Shown piece after piece: positions 1-8,410 of a stretch of 64,000 bases of DNA. The notes under the pieces were generated by a model. The model worked only from the letters and a program-made list of their open reading frames with translations, was not told where the DNA came from and searched no databases. The DNA comes from an uncultured Azospirillum sp. Its GTDB lineage: Bacteria > Pseudomonadota > Alphaproteobacteria > RF32 > CAG-239. Location of the stretch: positions 2,350 through 66,349 of the forward strand of contig UQAB01000004.1 of the NCBI GenBank assembly GCA_900538765.1. Reading direction: 5' to 3'. Made by a program: the position numbers and the translations under genes. The stretch's first letter is position 1, and each line of letters begins with the position of its first letter.

Positions 1-614
1 CCGGGAAGTCGACGTTGATGAACATGATTACCGGCTATCTGACGCCGAGCAGCGGCGAGATAAAAATTCTGGGACGGAATATTGAGCAGTATCCGCTGGA
101 GGCAAGGCGGAATATCGGTTTTTTGTCGGAAGGTGCGCCGTTGTATCCGGATATGAGCGTTGCCGCATTTTTGGCGTATATGGCGGAACTCAGAGGTTTT
201 TTCGGCAGGGAGAAGCGACAGCAGGTTGAGCAGGCGGCGGCAACGGCTAAAGTTGAGCCGGTTATGGGGCAGAAAATCGAAACATTGTCTAAAGGGTATG
301 TTCGGCGTGTCGGTTTTGCGCAGAGTATTTTAAGCGATCCTGAGATTTTGCTGTTAGATGAGCCGACAGACGGATTGGACCCGAATCAAAAACAGCATAT
401 CCGCGGTCTGATTGAACAGATGGGACGGAAGAAGACGATCCTTATTTCAACGCATTTGTTGGAGGAGGCAGAAACAGTCTGCAACAGGATTGTGCTGATT
501 AATAAAGGAGAGATTGTTGCCGACGGAACGCTCTCCGAGGTTTTGAAGCAGACGAAGGCCAAAAGTTTGGAAAAGGCTTTTGCAAAGCTGACAACAACGG
601 AAGATGAGGCGTGA
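1..614 (+). CDS. ABC transporter ATP-binding protein (GldA-like), 5' end outside window
   Basis: Frame 3 is open from nt 3 and reads GKSTLMNMITG (Walker A) at the window edge. ABC signature LSKGYVRRVGF and Walker B LLLDEPTDGLD follow. Stop TGA 612-614. Confidence 0.9.
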   Translation, partial: GKSTLMNMITGYLTPSSGEIKILGRNIEQYPLEARRNIGFLSEGAPLYPDMSVAAFLAYMAELRGFFGREKRQQVEQAAATAKVEPVMGQKIETLSKGYVRRVGFAQSILSDPEILLLDEPTDGLDPNQKQHIRGLIEQMGRKKTILISTHLLEEAETVCNRIVLINKGEIVADGTLSEVLKQTKAKSLEKAFAKLTTTEDEA

Positions 615-3600
615 AATGAATAAGGTATGGGTTGTGGCTAAAAATGAGCTGGCGCGTTATTTTTCATCGCCTCTGGCTTATGTTTACCTGGTCAGCTTTT
701 TGCTGTTAAACGGTTCTTTCGCCATTTATTTCGGGCATTTTTTTGACAGGGGAAGCGCTGATTTGTCACCGATGTTTGCGTATCAGCCGTGGCTTTATCT
801 GCTGTTTATTCCCGGGATTTCCATGCGCTTGTGGGCGGAGGAGTTTCGCAGCAAAACCGTGGTGCAGATTGTGACAATGCCGGTGACGATAGCACAGCTG
901 GTCTGGGGCAAATTTTTGGCGTCCTGGTTTTTTTGCGCACTGGCCTTGGCGTTGACTTTTCCGTTTGTGATTACGGTGAATATGCTTGGCACACCCGATA
1001 ACGGCGTGATTGTTTCCGGGTATCTGGCCAGTTTTGTTCTGGCGGGATGTATGCTGGCGATTTCGCAGACAATGTCGGCACTGACGAAAAATCAGGTAAT
1101 TGCGCTGGTGTTGGCGGTTATTGCAAATCTGATTTTCTTTTTAAGCGGGCTGGAATATGTTCTTTCCTTTTTCCGGCTGTTTGCGCCGTTGCCGATTATT
1201 GACATGATTGCTTCTTTTAGTTTTCTGACGCATTTTAACACGATGATTGCCGGATTGTTGGAGCTGCGCGATTTGGTGTTTTTTGTTTCTTTAATCCTGT
1301 TGTTTAATTTTACGACGGTTTTGGCAGTCAGTTTCCGGACATCGGGAAGTTCGCGGCTTTTGCAGTCAGCGTCGCGGAATTATTATATTTTGGTGTTTGT
1401 GTTGTTGCTTAGCGGGTTTGTCGGCTTGAATCTGCTGGCCAACAATTTGCTGCGGCGCTTTCAGTATGATTTTACCGAAGAACAGGTCTTTACCATTACG
1501 GATTCAACGAGAAACGTTTTGCAGAGCATACAGCAGCCGATTACGGCAAAACTTTATTATTCCAAAATTCTGGAGCAGCGGAATCCGGCGCTGCGGCAGA
1601 TGTTTGACAAGGTGCGGATTTTGCTGCGGCAATACGCGTTTTTGTCTGAGGGAAAATTTGATTACCGTATTTATGACCCGGAAATGCTGAGCGAGCGGGA
1701 AGATCAGGCACTGGCTTCGGGGTTGCAGCCGCTGCCGATTATCGACATGAATCGTAATGCGTTTTTTGGTCTGAGCCTGACGGATGTTTTGGATAATCAT
1801 GAAGTTATTCCGTTTTTTGCCATGGAGCGTTTTGATTTTCTGGAGCAGGATTTGACGGCGAAAATTTATGCCTTGAGCCATGCCAAGAAGACTATCGGGA
1901 TTTTGACGCCGCTGGCTCTTTTCGATACCATGCGCACGGATAATGAAGTTTCGCAGAAGTGGGCGTTTATTGACCAGCTGGAAGAGCTCTATCATGTCCG
2001 CAAGATTGAAACGACGGATGACATTGACGGTATTGACGCGCTGATTATGATTTATCCGCAGAACCTGACGCAGAATGTGATTGCCAAAATTAAGGACTAT
2101 TCAGACAAGGGGGGCAAGATTTTGCTGTTTGCCGATGTGGCGCCGGAGGCTTCGCGTTTGTATTCACCGAGCAACAATGATTTGCTGCCGTCAGATTTGG
2201 GCGGTTTGGATGCGTTCTGGGGATTTAAGTTCAATACGGATGTGGTTGCGGCTGATTTGAGCAATTCGATTACGGTGGATGCGACGGACAATTATAAAAC
2301 GAATCCGACTTTTACCCAAGATGTTTTACAGTTTATTCTCAAACCGGCGAATTTTAACCGGCAGGCGGCGGAAACAAGCCAGCTTAAAGAAATCCTGTTT
2401 GCGTCGGCGGCGGTTATCGAACCATTGCCGGGCGATGACAGTGTGACGTTTATCCCGTTGATGAAAACCAGCATCAATTCTCAGCTGATGCCGGCTTATG
2501 CCGCTCAGCGGAGTATTGCGCCGGAAGTGCTGCTGCAGAATTTTAAGGCCGATACGACGGATAAGGTTGTGGCGGCAAAAATCATCAGCCGGGATGAGAA
2601 GCGCCCTTATGAGGTTATTGCCGTGGCCGATACGGATATGCTGTATGATTCTTTCTGGTCGCGGACGCAGCTGGTGTTGGACAGCCGCTACGTGGTTCCG
2701 GTGCTGGATAATGTCAATTTTATGATGAATGCGCTGGAAAGCCTGCTGGGCGAGAAGGTTAACCTTATCGGGCTTCGGGGAAAATCTTCTTTGCGCCGGC
2801 CGTTTGAAGACATTGAAAAAATGCGCCGCAACAACGAGCGGGCTTATAAAGTCGGCGAGGCGGAAATTTTCAGAAAAATTAACAAGGCAAAAGAAGATTT
2901 ACAACAGATTTGGAATAAAAAGGATTTTGAAGAGCGGATGAATTTCAATGCCGACGAGCTGGCGGTGATTGCCGGTATTCGTAAGAATCTGGAAGAACTG
3001 CGGCTTGAACTCGGAAAAATCAGGACAGAATCCAATGCCGAAATTAAGCGGATTGATTTGACGGTTAAGTTTTTCAATATTTATTTTATGCCGCTGTTGC
3101 TGTTGGCCGGGTTGGGCGGCTTGGTCTTGTTTTCACGACGGAAACGGCAGGTGCGGCTGTCCGCCTTTAAGCTGAACCGTCCGGTTCTGCTGCTTGGTGC
3201 GGTTATGCTTCTGCTGCTGTGCTGCGGTTTGTGGTCGGTTTATCGTTCTGACGTGAATTCGGCGGAAAAGATAGAAGGGAAGCCGGTGTTTTCCGGTTTG
3301 GCCGACAAGATTAATATGGTGGAGAAAATTGTTCTGCGCAGTCATGACCATGAGCTTAATTTTTATAAAAAAGACGGCGTCTGGATGTTGGATAATCCTG
3401 CCGATGTTCCTGTCTATCAGGCGCGAATCCGCAGTTTTCTCAGTGCACTGCTGGAAGCGAGATATTATGAACGAAAGACAGCCAATGCCGAGCATTTGCG
3501 GCGTTTTGACCTGAATCCGGTTGCGGAGGACGGTTCAAAGAATTTGCGGATAGAGCTGCAATCGGCTCAGGGAAATGTTATTGAAGGCTTTGAAGTAGGC

Positions 3601-4107
3601 CGTTACGATGTTGATATCGGCAGAGGCGCCAAAGCGGCTTACATAAAGTTTGACAATAAGTTTCAGGTTTGGCTGGTTGCGGTTGATTTTATCGATTTAT
3701 CGACCGACTGGCGGGAATGGACCTATTCGACGTTGTGGAATCTGCGCTTTGGGCGTTTGGCTAGCGTCAACGGTTCTAATAATGCCGAAGACATTGCGCT
3801 TTTGATGAAGTATATTCTGAATACCGAACTGATCCGACAGACGGAAGTTTTGCCTTGCGCCGGAACACGACAGGCAGAAAACGGCGATGTGTCGCTGGTG
3901 ACTGAGGACGGCAGTGACGTACGTTTGAAATTTTACCGCTGCGGCGAGAAGTTTTATGTGGCTTATGAATTTGTAAAGATAGCGGAAAATAATAATTTGC
4001 TATTTTTAGAACGTTATGCTAAAGACAAATTTTATGAGATATCCAAGGATAATATGGAGAAAATAAGATATGTCCTTAAAGCTGAGCGAAAAGGAAGCGC
4101 AAAATAG
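604..4107 (+). CDS. fused ABC-2 permease / GldG-like auxiliary domain / DUF4340-like domain protein (1167 aa)
   Basis: N-terminal ~245 aa is multi-TM, like ABC-2/GldF permeases. The middle (RRFQYDFTEEQVFTITDSTRNVL...) resembles the GldG/ABC_transp_aux N-terminus and ends in TM FFNIYFMPLLLLAGLGGLVLF. After a second TM (VLLLGAVMLLLLCCGLW) the last ~300 aa resemble DUF4340. ATG 604 overlaps the upstream stop; alternative ATG at 616. Confidence 0.8.
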   Translation: MRREMNKVWVVAKNELARYFSSPLAYVYLVSFLLLNGSFAIYFGHFFDRGSADLSPMFAYQPWLYLLFIPGISMRLWAEEFRSKTVVQIVTMPVTIAQLVWGKFLASWFFCALALALTFPFVITVNMLGTPDNGVIVSGYLASFVLAGCMLAISQTMSALTKNQVIALVLAVIANLIFFLSGLEYVLSFFRLFAPLPIIDMIASFSFLTHFNTMIAGLLELRDLVFFVSLILLFNFTTVLAVSFRTSGSSRLLQSASRNYYILVFVLLLSGFVGLNLLANNLLRRFQYDFTEEQVFTITDSTRNVLQSIQQPITAKLYYSKILEQRNPALRQMFDKVRILLRQYAFLSEGKFDYRIYDPEMLSEREDQALASGLQPLPIIDMNRNAFFGLSLTDVLDNHEVIPFFAMERFDFLEQDLTAKIYALSHAKKTIGILTPLALFDTMRTDNEVSQKWAFIDQLEELYHVRKIETTDDIDGIDALIMIYPQNLTQNVIAKIKDYSDKGGKILLFADVAPEASRLYSPSNNDLLPSDLGGLDAFWGFKFNTDVVAADLSNSITVDATDNYKTNPTFTQDVLQFILKPANFNRQAAETSQLKEILFASAAVIEPLPGDDSVTFIPLMKTSINSQLMPAYAAQRSIAPEVLLQNFKADTTDKVVAAKIISRDEKRPYEVIAVADTDMLYDSFWSRTQLVLDSRYVVPVLDNVNFMMNALESLLGEKVNLIGLRGKSSLRRPFEDIEKMRRNNERAYKVGEAEIFRKINKAKEDLQQIWNKKDFEERMNFNADELAVIAGIRKNLEELRLELGKIRTESNAEIKRIDLTVKFFNIYFMPLLLLAGLGGLVLFSRRKRQVRLSAFKLNRPVLLLGAVMLLLLCCGLWSVYRSDVNSAEKIEGKPVFSGLADKINMVEKIVLRSHDHELNFYKKDGVWMLDNPADVPVYQARIRSFLSALLEARYYERKTANAEHLRRFDLNPVAEDGSKNLRIELQSAQGNVIEGFEVGRYDVDIGRGAKAAYIKFDNKFQVWLVAVDFIDLSTDWREWTYSTLWNLRFGRLASVNGSNNAEDIALLMKYILNTELIRQTEVLPCAGTRQAENGDVSLVTEDGSDVRLKFYRCGEKFYVAYEFVKIAENNNLLFLERYAKDKFYEISKDNMEKIRYVLKAERKGSAK

Positions 4108-5012
4108 GCTGAAACGGGCGGCTTCGGCAGCCAGTGTCGCTTTGGCGGCAGCGTTGACGCTTTTGAAGGTAGCGGCTGCGGTTTATACCGGTTCTTTGGC
4201 CGTTTTGTCGTCGATGATTGATTCTCTGGCAGATATTTTTGCTTCGTCAATTACGTTTGTGGCGGTGAAGTTTGCGTCAATGCAGGCGACTGATGACCAT
4301 CGTTACGGGTTCGGAAAGGCGGAGGCAATCAGCGCGCTGGTGCAGTCGGCATTTGTTGCCGGGTCGGGTATTTTTGTTTTGTATGACGGCATAATGCGCC
4401 TGTTTACGCGCAAAACCGTCGGTGATCCGGATTTCGGCATTGTCGTGATGGTTATCAGTCTGGCGGCGACAACGGCGTTGATTTTGTTTCAGAAATATGT
4501 GGCCAAGCGGACGAATTCACTGGCGATTGCGGCGGATTCCGCTCATTACACGGTAGATGTGGTAACGAATCTGGCGATTATCGCCACGTTGGTTGTGGTT
4601 AAAGTTTGGGGAATCTATTGGTTTGATACGGTTACGGCGCTTGCGGTGGCCGGGTATCTGCTGCTCAATGCTTATAAGCTGGCCTGTGGTGCTGTCAGCG
4701 TTTTGACAGATGCTGAGTTGAGTGATGATATCAGAAAAAAGGTGTGCCGGATTGTTATGGAAAATCCTTTTTCTCAGGGGGATTCATGATTTGCGTACCC
4801 GGGATTTGGGCGGTGCTTATATGTTTGAATTTCATTTGGAACTGGACGGTGATTTGCCGTTGTCGGCAGCGCATGAGATGACTGAAACAGTCGAGGATAA
4901 TTTATTGGATGAATTTCCGAATGCGCAGATAATCATTCACCAGGATCCGGTGGGGGTTAAAGAGGATCGCCTTGACCATAAGTTGCGTTATCGGCGGAAA
5001 AAAGGAAAATAA
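4070..5012 (+). pseudogene. cation diffusion facilitator (FieF/CzcD-like) transporter split by a +1 frameshift
   Basis: ORF 4070-4789 carries the CDF TM domain (SLADIFASSITF, HYTVDV). ORF 4722-5012 in another frame carries the CDF cytoplasmic domain (IHDLRTRDLGGAYMFEFHLELDG...IIHQDP). The frames join if one G of the G5 run 4777-4781 is removed. Confidence 0.65.
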
Positions 5013-5018
5013 ACGGAA

Positions 5019-5055
5019 GAAAACCGGATTTTTGAAGAAATCCGGTTTTCTTTTT
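5019..5055. terminator. bidirectional intrinsic terminator between convergent genes
   Basis: 13-bp perfect stem GAAAACCGGATTT (5019-5031) / AAATCCGGTTTTC (5038-5050), 6-nt loop, T5 run 5051-5055, A-rich 5' flank. Confidence 0.75.
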
Positions 5056-7162
5056 AGAGTTTTTTGAGTATTTCCTGAATGATGTCCAGGCGATAGTATT
5101 TTTCAATATTCGGATTATCGGGAAAATGTTTTTCGACGCCTGAAGCCAGAATATTCGGTTGCTGGGTCAGGAAGTTCCGACCAAGGTTGATGTTGCCGGC
5201 ATTTTTTATTAGGACGGCTCCGTAGCTTTTGGCGTCTTCAATGTTTTCGCGAATCAGACCGCTGCGATGGGCAAAGATTTTTGTATAGGCGTATATGGCG
5301 CAGGTCATGCCCAAAATAAACAATGCGCTGATAAAATGGATATCGAGCCAGAGAATTACCAGATTGAAACAGATGATAGCAGAGCTGAGAATTTTGGCGG
5401 CGATGTTCAGATATTTATTTTTGAGTTTCAGGTTAAACAGCGGAATGAGACAGAAAAAGGCCAGGCTGCAGCCGAAAAGTATGCTGAATGTCTGCAACGG
5501 GCTGATTTGCAGCAGGGCGATGCCGGCTTCTCCCAAGAGTAACATGCCGCAGCTGAACAAAAGGTAGCCGCTGTTGATTTTCAGTGTAAACATTTTGAAT
5601 TTTTTTACGGTGTCTTTGGCGACGCAGTTGTAAGCCCGTTTGATTTTCAAAGCGTTGGCCTTGTTGAATTCAAAGACGGCCTCATTACCGGGAAACAAGG
5701 CGTGCAGGGCTTTTTTGTCACTGCGGGACAAAGCGGACAGATTGTCGGTTTTTTTGATAAGCTGCAGATTATCGCCGTCTTTGGCAAAGTCGATAATATT
5801 TTTTTTGAACAGTTCCAGAAGAAAACTGCCGAAAGAAACTTTGTCAAAGGTTTCAAATGCAAGATATCTCAGCAGCGGGGCGTTGCGTTTCAGACTGTAT
5901 TTTTGCCGTCCGGAAGTTTTTTGCATCAATTTCCAGGACACGAAGTAAGAAATGATGATGGCGGCGAGAGCCAAAAAGCTGATGATAATGTCACCGTAGT
6001 CGTCCAAAAACCAAGAGAATTTTTGATTAAAGTCCGGCGCGATGAAATCATTTTTGTTCATGGAAACGATTAAGTGCAGTCCTTCGCCGATGAAGAGAGG
6101 AACCGTACTGATGAAGCCGACGGAATTGCCGTGTCCCTGCAGGATGGCAACGTCGTTTTGCATACTGCCGGGATAGCCGCGGAGGGCGATGGTGCCGAGA
6201 GGTTCCCGGCTGCCTGGCAGGGTTATGATGGCGCCGATGCGGCTGATGACAAGGTTCCAGGAGCTGCCGGAAACATTCCAGTAAAATTCATAAAAGTCAT
6301 CATAGTCCCAGATGTTGCGGTTGATGACATAGCTGAATTTGTAAGTGTAAACGCCGGGGTTGAGAATGTAACTGTCTGTCGGTTCAATGACGATTTTTAA
6401 GCCGTTTTTTTCGAGCTTGTGCGGGATTTCCATGTCATTGACGGTTACTTTGTTCAGGTTGACGTCAACGGGTTTGATAATGCCGGTGCGGGAATAAGCG
6501 TAAGCCGGGAGAGCCCGGGACAGGCCGTTGTGGAGTTTTTGGCCGTTGGCGATGACCATTACGGTTTCTTCAATGTTGATTTGTCCGGTCGGCAGAATTT
6601 CAATGTCAGAAAACATATAAGGAATGTGTTCTTTGGCCGGGACCAGGGTTTGTTTCTTGGCGCCGGGAAAAGTGACGCTGACAACCGGAAAATCAGGAAG
6701 CCGTTGTTCCTCCTGCCATTCCTGCTGCTGGCGCCGACGGTCTTGTGCCAGCGTTTCACGGTTTTTTATCATGTCGCGATGCTGCTGGCGTTCCTGATCA
6801 GAAATGCGGCTGAGGGCGCTGTCGTATATTTTTTCAAAGGTGGATTTGTTTTCTTCATTCATTTGCTGAATGTATTCTTCACTATGCTGGATGTCCAGAG
6901 AGCTGGAGTTGCTCAGGTCGTCGTCGTTAAAATTTGTGTCAATGATGACATTGTCGTTTAGCAGCCGGTTTTTAATAAATTCACTGACGCCGCTCTGGTT
7001 GTTTAAATCAGGCAGGCGCGGGTCGGTTACAGCCGGAGGAGGCGTCGTCAATTGGCGTTGCTGCAGTTCTTCTGCGCTGTTGAGCTCAACGGCATCTCCC
7101 CAGGCGGTTTGTGCTGCGGCGATTATTCCCATGAAACAAATTGAAAGAAAAAGTTTTCTCAT
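5054..7162 (-). CDS. DUF2207 family membrane protein with signal peptide
   Basis: N-terminal signal-like MRKLFLSICFMGIIAAAQTAWG. DUF2207-like core (YTYKFSYVINRNIWDYDDFYEFYWNVSGSSWNLVI...TLPG). Several C-terminal TM helices. Confidence 0.7.
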   Translation of the reverse strand: MRKLFLSICFMGIIAAAQTAWGDAVELNSAEELQQRQLTTPPPAVTDPRLPDLNNQSGVSEFIKNRLLNDNVIIDTNFNDDDLSNSSSLDIQHSEEYIQQMNEENKSTFEKIYDSALSRISDQERQQHRDMIKNRETLAQDRRRQQQEWQEEQRLPDFPVVSVTFPGAKKQTLVPAKEHIPYMFSDIEILPTGQINIEETVMVIANGQKLHNGLSRALPAYAYSRTGIIKPVDVNLNKVTVNDMEIPHKLEKNGLKIVIEPTDSYILNPGVYTYKFSYVINRNIWDYDDFYEFYWNVSGSSWNLVISRIGAIITLPGSREPLGTIALRGYPGSMQNDVAILQGHGNSVGFISTVPLFIGEGLHLIVSMNKNDFIAPDFNQKFSWFLDDYGDIIISFLALAAIIISYFVSWKLMQKTSGRQKYSLKRNAPLLRYLAFETFDKVSFGSFLLELFKKNIIDFAKDGDNLQLIKKTDNLSALSRSDKKALHALFPGNEAVFEFNKANALKIKRAYNCVAKDTVKKFKMFTLKINSGYLLFSCGMLLLGEAGIALLQISPLQTFSILFGCSLAFFCLIPLFNLKLKNKYLNIAAKILSSAIICFNLVILWLDIHFISALFILGMTCAIYAYTKIFAHRSGLIRENIEDAKSYGAVLIKNAGNINLGRNFLTQQPNILASGVEKHFPDNPNIEKYYRLDIIQEILKKL

Positions 7163-7179
7163 AAATTCAGCGCCTTTAT

Positions 7180-7202
7180 TAACAAATAAAACATATTTGT
7201 TA
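7180..7202. promoter_or_regulatory. 9-bp inverted repeat in divergent promoter region
   Basis: TAACAAATA (7180-7188) - 5 nt - TATTTGTTA (7194-7202), lying between the DUF2207 gene start (7162) and the glmU-like start (7245). Confidence 0.3.
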
Positions 7203-7244
7203 TGCTAACTTATATTTATTAAAAGATAATAAAGGAGATATCAG

Positions 7245-7982
7245 ATGAACGATAAAAAGTTGGCGGTGGTTGTTTTGGCTGCCGGTAAAGGCTCACGGAT
7301 GAAATCCGACTTGCCCAAGGCGATGATGCCGGTTTGCGGCAAGCCGATGATTCGCCATATTCTGGACACGGTCGAGAGTATGAAGGCTGACGAAGTTGTG
7401 GTTGTGACGTCTGTTGACGGGGATTTGGTCAGAAAGGAAATTGCGCCGCATAAATATTGTATTCAGGAGCAGCAGCTGGGCACCGGGCATGCGGTAGCCT
7501 GTGCCAAAGAGGCTTTGAAAGGTTTTGACGGCAAGGTTCTGGTCGTCTATTGCGATCATCCGATTGTCACCCGGCAGACTTTTGAGCGCGCCCTGAAAAA
7601 GCTTGATGACGGTTATTCCGTTGTGGTGCTTGGTTTTCATCCGGCAGATGCCGCCCGTTACGGCCGTCTGAAAATGAAAGGCGACGAACTGGAGAGAATC
7701 GTGGAATATAAAGACGCGAGCGAAGAAGAAAAAGCCATCGGTTTCTGCAATTCCGGCGTGATGGCTTTTGACGGCAAGGTTTTGTTTGAGCTGTTGTCAA
7801 AGGTAAAGAGCAATAATGCGGCCGGAGAATATTATCTGACGGATACAATTGAAATTGCCCGCGCCGAAGGGCTGAAATGCAGCGCGATTGAAACATCGAC
7901 CGAGGAAGTTGTCGGTGCTAATACGCAGGAAGAACTGGCGCAGCTGGAAAAATATCTGCAAAACAGAAAGCAGAAGTTATGA
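7245..7982 (+). CDS. GlmU-like UDP-N-acetylglucosamine pyrophosphorylase domain only (245 aa, no LbH acetyltransferase domain)
   Basis: GlmU N-terminal signatures LAAGKGSRMKSDLPK, QLGTGHAV, NNAAGEYYLTDTIEIA. SD AAAGGAG lies upstream. The ORF stops after the linker helix (ELAQLEKYLQNRKQKL), overlapping the next start (ATGA). Confidence 0.8.
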   Translation: MNDKKLAVVVLAAGKGSRMKSDLPKAMMPVCGKPMIRHILDTVESMKADEVVVVTSVDGDLVRKEIAPHKYCIQEQQLGTGHAVACAKEALKGFDGKVLVVYCDHPIVTRQTFERALKKLDDGYSVVVLGFHPADAARYGRLKMKGDELERIVEYKDASEEEKAIGFCNSGVMAFDGKVLFELLSKVKSNNAAGEYYLTDTIEIARAEGLKCSAIETSTEEVVGANTQEELAQLEKYLQNRKQKL

Positions 7983-8410
7983 CATTTGTTAAACATCACT
8001 GGTTTGGCTTGATTTTGTCGACCGTTGTTCTTATTTATTTTATCGTTTTCATCTTGGTTTTGGCGGCGCCGAAACAGGATAAGCAGCAGCGCGGCTTTGC
8101 CGCCTGTTCCGCAAAAATGCTGGAGCAGGTTCAGCTTTGCGGCAGCGGCGGCAGCTGGTGTATGCTGGAGACGGTTGTGAATAATGGTTTTTGCAATGTC
8201 GGTGTTGTGTTTTCCGGGATTGGCAAATGGCTTTCCGGTGCGCAGGAAACGCCATGGGCGAACTATCTCTATGATGATGAAATCGAAACGGGAAATCCGG
8301 ATGAAGCGCTACAGGCGTTTTATAATGAAAATCCCGATTTGGCTGGCAGTATGAATAAGCTGATTAAACAAAGCAGTGAATTGGAAAAGAAGGTACAAAA
8401 AAATGACTGA
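7979..8410 (+). CDS. hypothetical membrane-anchored protein
   Basis: ATGA overlap with the upstream gene. N-terminal TM helix WFGLILSTVVLIYFIVFILVLAA. No recognisable family. Confidence 0.5.
   Translation: MTFVKHHWFGLILSTVVLIYFIVFILVLAAPKQDKQQRGFAACSAKMLEQVQLCGSGGSWCMLETVVNNGFCNVGVVFSGIGKWLSGAQETPWANYLYDDEIETGNPDEALQAFYNENPDLAGSMNKLIKQSSELEKKVQKND

Noticed and set aside
7979-8410. Possibility that the missing GlmU acetyltransferase domain is present downstream in another frame, i.e. a frameshift artefact.
   Set aside because: None of the frames here shows hexapeptide [LIV]-G-x4 repeats. The only substantial ORF is a TM-anchored protein starting at an ATGA overlap.
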